Source: Phoronis australis (taxonomy: Eukaryota; Animalia; Phoronida). Taken from it: DNA of 42,956 nt. How positions within the stretch are numbered: the first letter of the stretch is position 1; every line of letters starts with the position of its first letter. Below the pieces are notes generated by a model. It saw only the letters and a program-made list of their open reading frames with translations, did no database searches and was not told the DNA's origin. The stretch spans positions 210,374 to 253,329 of the forward strand of contig NMRA01000491.1 of the NCBI GenBank assembly GCA_002633005.1. The letters run 5' to 3'. Below are positions 37,431 through 42,956 of this stretch, one piece after another. Made by a program: the position numbers and the translations under genes.

Positions 37431-38035
37431 GTGATCATTTAAACAAAGTTGAGAATTCTTGGCTTAAAAATATACAAAAACTTGCGTGTTTATCGCATTT
37501 CACCACAGAATGCATGGTAGTTAGAAATGCATCACAACCATGACTCAAAATTTAGCAAAAAGTACGCAATATTATGGCAAATGCGGGGATCTTATCACTC
37601 ATCATATTTATTTGGGAACATTGATTTTAAAAGATTTGAAAACATACTAGCGTGTTATATGAAGTCTTCGATACACGTCGCTGCAAAATATTTTAAAATT
37701 CATTTAGAACAGTACCAATAATATGCCCGTACATGTATGAACCTTTATATATTATAAGTCGATCTTGTGCACGCGAAGAGCCATTTAAGTGGCTCACCCT
37801 AGAGACCAGAGCCTGCATTTGTTACCAATCTGTTTCCTTGGACACCCCGGCCAACTGAAGGATACTAATTTTCTAAAATTATGGCAGAGGGAAAACGTGA
37901 CGGTCAATTTTTTCATCAAGTCAACGGAAGTGTCATACGTTTGGTAAATGTGCGATCATCGTTCGGTAAAACTAAACCTTAGACTTTATCCCATACGCGT
38001 TGAATCAGTTGAGTGCAATACGGCCATGTATTCAC

Positions 38036-38138
38036 CTCCCGCACTACTTCAACAGTGCCCTCTGACATGGAAAGTTCAAAAGGTAGCCGGTCGATGTCTA
38101 CTCGACGTTGTATTTGCGCGTTAGGATGCAAGTTTTCT
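38036..38138 (-). CDS. Gene B, exon 2 (ENLHPNAQIQRRVDIDRLPFELSMSEGTVEVVRE)
   Basis: Acceptor TTTCTTTTACTAG| and donor GAG|GTGAAT, 103 bp. Phase 2 in and phase 0 out match both neighbouring exons. Confidence 0.65.
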
Positions 38139-38445
38139 CTAGTAAAAGAAACATTTTTAAATGTGACGATTATGTACGCCACTCTCGGTACGTTTTGTGT
38201 ATTTATATGACAGTTCTATCTCAGTTTTCAATTGATAATTGATATACCGTCTGAAACTCAGGCGCCGATTCCTCGGTAACTACAATATCAAATATTGTTG
38301 TTTATTAACTATTATCAGGACATGTTACAAGTTCAATGCACAGTTACCCTTTTTCATCTTTGTTACCTCTTTTAAAGTAATAAATCATTACATTTAAAAC
38401 TGTTTCTTTTACTAGAGAAAACTTGCAACTTAACGCGCAAGTACA
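38109..38445. repeat. 56-bp inverted repeat (52/56) with a 225-bp spacer
   Basis: 38109-38164 is the reverse complement of 38390-38445 with 4 mismatches. Confidence 0.95.
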
Positions 38446-38827
38446 TACATATAGGATGTGATCCGCCACGCGAACAGTCTGAGTGAAGTATTTAAAAAAT
38501 CTGCCGAAAAAATGAAAAAACTTAGGAATTCGAAGCGCATGGGGTAAATGCGGTCTGTCGGTACGCGGAATATTGTCTCGTGGGATATTACTTCATCTAC
38601 GCCACTCTCGGTACGTTTTGTGTATGCCCTGTCACGTGACTATCGGCATGGATCTGTGCAAGTCATCTCGAGCCGTTACCTGAGGCGATTGAGAGAATCT
38701 GCTTTTTCTCAATTTTTACAATCAATGTAGGATCTACGCTTTCGGGAGCAGGGGCAGTATTATAAGGAGATGGAGGCAGTACTTTGAAACAAAAAACGTG
38801 TGTGAGTTCAGAAGCAAGGTAAATTAC

Positions 38828-38889
38828 CGTCCGCTCTCATTGGCTTCATAATCCTTACGCTTAGCACAGGCAGAGAACAACGAACCCAT
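38828..38889 (-). CDS. Gene B, first coding exon (MGSLFSACAKRKDYEANESGR)
   Basis: GAGATGG Kozak context, in-frame TGA 27 nt upstream, MGxxxS motif and donor CG|GTAATT (phase 2). A possible 5' UTR intron spans 39205-39091 (GG|GTAAGT ... CTTTATTCAG|). Confidence 0.7.
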
Positions 38890-40115
38890 CTCGTCGTCCC
38901 AAGTGAAAGGCAGTCATGGGGAACAGTTGTACGAATTAGAGGCTAGTTCATCATTGCACTAGCTTGTCACGGCGGGTTACTTCAGATGCTGACTGGGCGT
39001 CTTGGGAATTTCTTGTGTTTTGCGAAAACCAAGATCACTAAAAAGGGATACGAATAAACTGACTTTGTTTTGGAAAGGGGAAAGACGGCACTGAATAAAG
39101 TTATCTTTTTATACCTGAACATAGTTTAAAGTGGCTAAAAGCGCAGAGAGTAGTTTGATACATTGAATTGTGTATTCGATTCAAATTCCGATTTCAATCA
39201 CTTACCCGTTACAGATTGCTTATTGATGGCAATGACCATTCACTGTACACTCCATCGCGGTCCAGTATGGAACTGATTGACACTGTCTTACTGGACCATT
39301 CAAATGGTTGCTATGGACATGCGAAGTCTAATTTGTCAATTCCCTCAGTGGGTTGCCTTGTCATAGTAGTTCATAGCATCAATAGTTGGGTATGCCTCCG
39401 TCTCATTCCCGGTAGTCGTTCTCACCCAGGTGTCTCATTTTTGTCTACTGTTGGCACCCCCTCCTTTTCCAGCCGTGGCAATAGGCACTGCTAATTGAAA
39501 GGTTAATAGACGGACCTAGGGGGAAGAACAGGGGTCCGCCTCTCCATATACGCAACCCAAACTGCATGCCGTTTAAAAGCTAACGCGAACCTTTTATTCG
39601 AAAATTATGGTTTAGATCAGTTCCCTTAAGACATTCTAGATCCACCACTGGAATTTCGAAGTTGATGCAATTGTTTCTTGGATAACTACGTGAGCAAGAT
39701 GCTGTTTAAATATCTTCGCTGTACTTTAATTCAGATCATCGCATACTGTTATTCAAGTTTATGACGAACAGTTATAAATAAAATATAATTCTCCAAAATC
39801 CATTCGGGCTCTAGCATACGGGGTATAACGACTTCGCCATCTATATTTATTTATGACTTTATTTAGACTCGTGCGCTAGTTGCGATAATAATATGCATAT
39901 AGGCACATGCGCCAAAAATTCGCGTAGGGTACATGCCGACTTAAAAAGGCCCAGGGTCACCCCTTAGGGTAAGACCAACCAAAAAGAACACTTTGCTTGA
40001 AAATCGTCCAATTTTGGGAGGCTTTCGCAGTTCATTGTATTTTTTTGGTGCGGCTGTATTGTTTCTGAAAATAACATTGCATCCGCAACATCAAGCAATT
40101 AAGATGCATTATCAA

Positions 40116-40261
40116 GTAAACAACACACGCGGGGAATAATTATTCGGTTATTACGACGTGTGAGACTTTGTTTACTAACAAGAGAAAAAGATACCGATAA
40201 TATTTTCTTTAGGGAATTCAGTTGAAAGCCATGGAGTAGTTTACCTATGTTGCCTAGCAAC
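40116..40261. promoter_or_regulatory. RFX X-box plus two forkhead sites upstream of gene B
   Basis: Palindromic GTTGCCTAGCAAC at 40249-40261. GTAAACAA at 40116-40123 and its reverse complement TTGTTTAC at 40168-40175. Confidence 0.5.
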
Positions 40262-40752
40262 ACATAAATGTCGCGTTACGTTTGCAATCTATGTCTTTTG
40301 CGTTCGGAATTAAAATGCTATCACAACCTGACAGCACTTGGGCTTGAGTATTTGCATTGTAGTTACTGCACCTAACAAGTACAACCAACATAGCAATTGC
40401 AAGCAGATCATGGGATTTTGCAGAAACTTTAATATTACACATTTTTAGCATTTCTGTAGGAGCAGATGGCATGAATTACGGAGGTTGACAACATGACTGT
40501 TTAAATTGTCGCTCCTGATCACTGTTTGGACAATCTTCATTTTAATGGGATACCTTAACCTGTTTTTGTCATTTCTTTGACCAGTCCCTGTTCTAATCCC
40601 ACTAATCATATTTTAAACCCATCGTCCAGTCTCATTTATTTTGTGACTGTCATTGTTATAAACATGAAACCACTTGCCCGTTGCTGAGATTGGAGGTGAT
40701 TCGAGGGTATGGGAAGACTTGTCAGTCAGTTCATTGTTGACCGAGACCAGGC

Positions 40753-42956
40753 TAAAATTCTCGGTATTTCGGGGTAGGGCAAAGTCGTGCGGGGCTTTGT
40801 GAGGACTGACGAAAACTTAACCATTAAAAGTCAGTTCTTTTTCTTTTCCTCTACTGAGGGATGGCCATAGGACTTAGGAACGGAGGGGCATCGATTTTCA
40901 AAGGTTAGTTTTTCAGCAACAGACGTTTGAACTGAGGAGGCGGAATCTCCGAAAAATTCTCGGTTTTTCGAGGTAGGGCAAAGTCGTGCGCGGTTTTGCG
41001 CCAATTGACGAAAACTCAACGGATGAAAGTCAGTTCTTTTTCTTTTCCTCTACTGGTGGAGGGCCAGAGTACCTAGGAACGGAGGGGCATCGATTGTCAA
41101 TGGTTAGTTTTCCGGCAATAGACGTTTGAATTGAGGAGGCCGAATCTCCGTAAAATTCTCGGTTTTTCGGGGTAGGGCAAAGTAGTGCGCGGTTTTGCGC
41201 CAACTGACGAAAACTCAACGGTTGAAAGTCAATTCTTTTTCTTTTTCTCTACTGATGGAGGGCCAGAGGGCCTAGGAACGGAGGAGCATCGATTTTCAGC
41301 GGTTAGTTTTCCGGCAATAGACGTTTCAACTGAGGAGGCGGATTCTCCGTAAAATTCTCGGTTTTTCGGGGTAAGGCAAAGTCGTGCGGGGCTTTGTGCC
41401 GATTGACGAAAACTTAACCGTTGAAAGTCAGTTTTTTTCTTTTCATCTACTGAGGGATGGCCATAGGACTTAGGAACGGAGGGACATCGATTTTCAAAGG
41501 TTAGTTTTTCAGCAACAGACGTTTGAACTGAGGAGGCGGAATCTCGCAAAATTCTCGGTTTTTCGAGGTAGGGCAAAGTCGTGCGCGGTTTTGCGCCAAT
41601 TGACGAAAACTCAACGGTTGAAAGTCATTTCTTTTTCTTTTCCTCTACTGGTGGATGGCCAGAGTACCTAGGAACGGAGGATCATCTATTTTCAACGGTT
41701 AGAATTCCGGCAATAGACGTTTCTACTGAGGAAGTGGAATCTCCGTAAATTTCTCGGTTTTTCTGGGTAGGGCAAAATCGTGCGGGGCTTTGTGCCGATT
41801 GACGAAAACTTAACCGTTGAAAGTCAATTCTTTTTCCTTTCCTCTACTGATGGAGGGCCAGAGTACCTAGGAACGGAGGGGCATCGATTTTCAGCGGTTA
41901 GTTTTCCGGCAATAGATGTTTGAATTGAGGAGGCTGATTCTCCGTAAAATTCTCATTTTTTCGGATAGGGCAAGGTAGTGCGCGGTTTTGCGCCAATTGA
42001 CGAAAATTCAACCGTTGAAAGTCAATTCTTTTTCTTTTTCTCTACTGATGGAGGGCCAGAGGGCCTAGGAACGGAGGATCGTCTATTTTCAACGGTTAGT
42101 TTTCCAGCAATAGACGTTTCAACTGAGGAGGCGGAATTTCCGTAAAATTCTCGGTTTTTCGGGGTAGGGCAAAGTCGTGCGGGGCTTTGTGCCGATTGAC
42201 GAAAACTTAACCGTTGAAAGTCAATTCTTTTTCTTTTCCTCTACTGATGGAGGGCCAGAGTACCTAGGAACGGAGGGGCATCGATTTTCAACAGTTAGTT
42301 TTCCGGCAATAGATGTTTGAATTGAGGAGACGGAATCTCCGTAAAATTCTCGGTTTTTCGGAGTAAGGCGAAATAGTGCGCGGTTTTGCGCCAATTGACG
42401 AAAACTCAACCGTTGAAAGTCAATTCTTTTTGTTTTTCTCTACTGATGGAGGGCCAGAGAACCTAGGAACGGAGGAGCATCGATTTTCAGCGGTTAGTTT
42501 TCCGGCAATAGACGTTTCAACTGAGGAGGCGGATTCTCCGTAAAATTCTCGGTTTTTCGGGGTAAGGCAAAGTAGTGCGCGGTTTTGCGCCGATTGACGA
42601 AAACTCAACCGTTGAAAGGCAATTCTTTTTGTTTTTCTCTACTGATGGAGGGCCAGAGAACCTAGGAACGGAGGAGCATCGATTTTCAACGGTTAGTTTT
42701 CCGGCAATATACGTTTCAACTGAGGAGGCGGATTCTCCGTAAAATTCTCGTTTTTTCGGGGTAGGGCAAGGCAGTGCGCGGTTTTGCTCCAATTGACGAA
42801 AACTCAACCGTTGAAAGTCAATTCTTTTTCTTTTTCTCTACTGATGGAGGTCCAGAAGACCTAGGAACGGAGGAGCATCGATTTTCAACGGTTAGTTTTC
42901 CGGCAGCAGACGTTTCAACTGAGGAGGCGGAATCTCCGTGAAATTCTCGGTTTTTC
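40753..42956. repeat. Satellite DNA, about 199-bp monomer, about 11 copies, running off the window end
   Basis: Units start at 40831, 41030, 41229, 41428 ... 42221, 42420, 42619 and 42818 and are highly similar to each other. Confidence 0.98.

Noticed and set aside
40831-42807. Repeated 62-aa ORFs (MSFRQLAQNR...) or a CRISPR-like array
   Set aside because: The ORFs use non-ATG starts, the 199-bp period is not a multiple of 3, and there are no unique spacers; this is satellite DNA.

Overview
This is eukaryotic genomic DNA, most likely from an invertebrate animal. It is repeat-rich and has one 65-N gap; I saw no prokaryotic features, CRISPR array, rRNA or tRNA. The only obvious gene in the ORF track is an uninterrupted class A GPCR (16017-17045, minus). 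Reading splice signals by hand gives two more phase-consistent minus-strand gene models that the ORF track splits up. Gene A (8299-7000) has 3 exons and encodes 154-196 aa ending CCCPVHLH. Gene B (38889-35249) has 4 exons and encodes 207 aa; it starts with a myristoylation/palmitoylation motif (MGSLFSAC) and ends in a basic stretch plus a CaaX box (SSICAIL). An RFX X-box and two forkhead sites lie upstream of gene B, making it a candidate ciliary protein lipid-anchored at both ends, which is the best lead here. The rest is mobile DNA and repeats: RTE-X, CR1 and Tx1/L1 LINE fragments; two inverted copies of an internally deleted Kolobok (THAP and KolX remnants, TTAA target) bracketing the GPCR; several MITE families; a probable Helitron; and a terminal 199-bp satellite with higher-order structure. 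The spliced models and family names come from manual reading and need RNA-seq or HMM confirmation.
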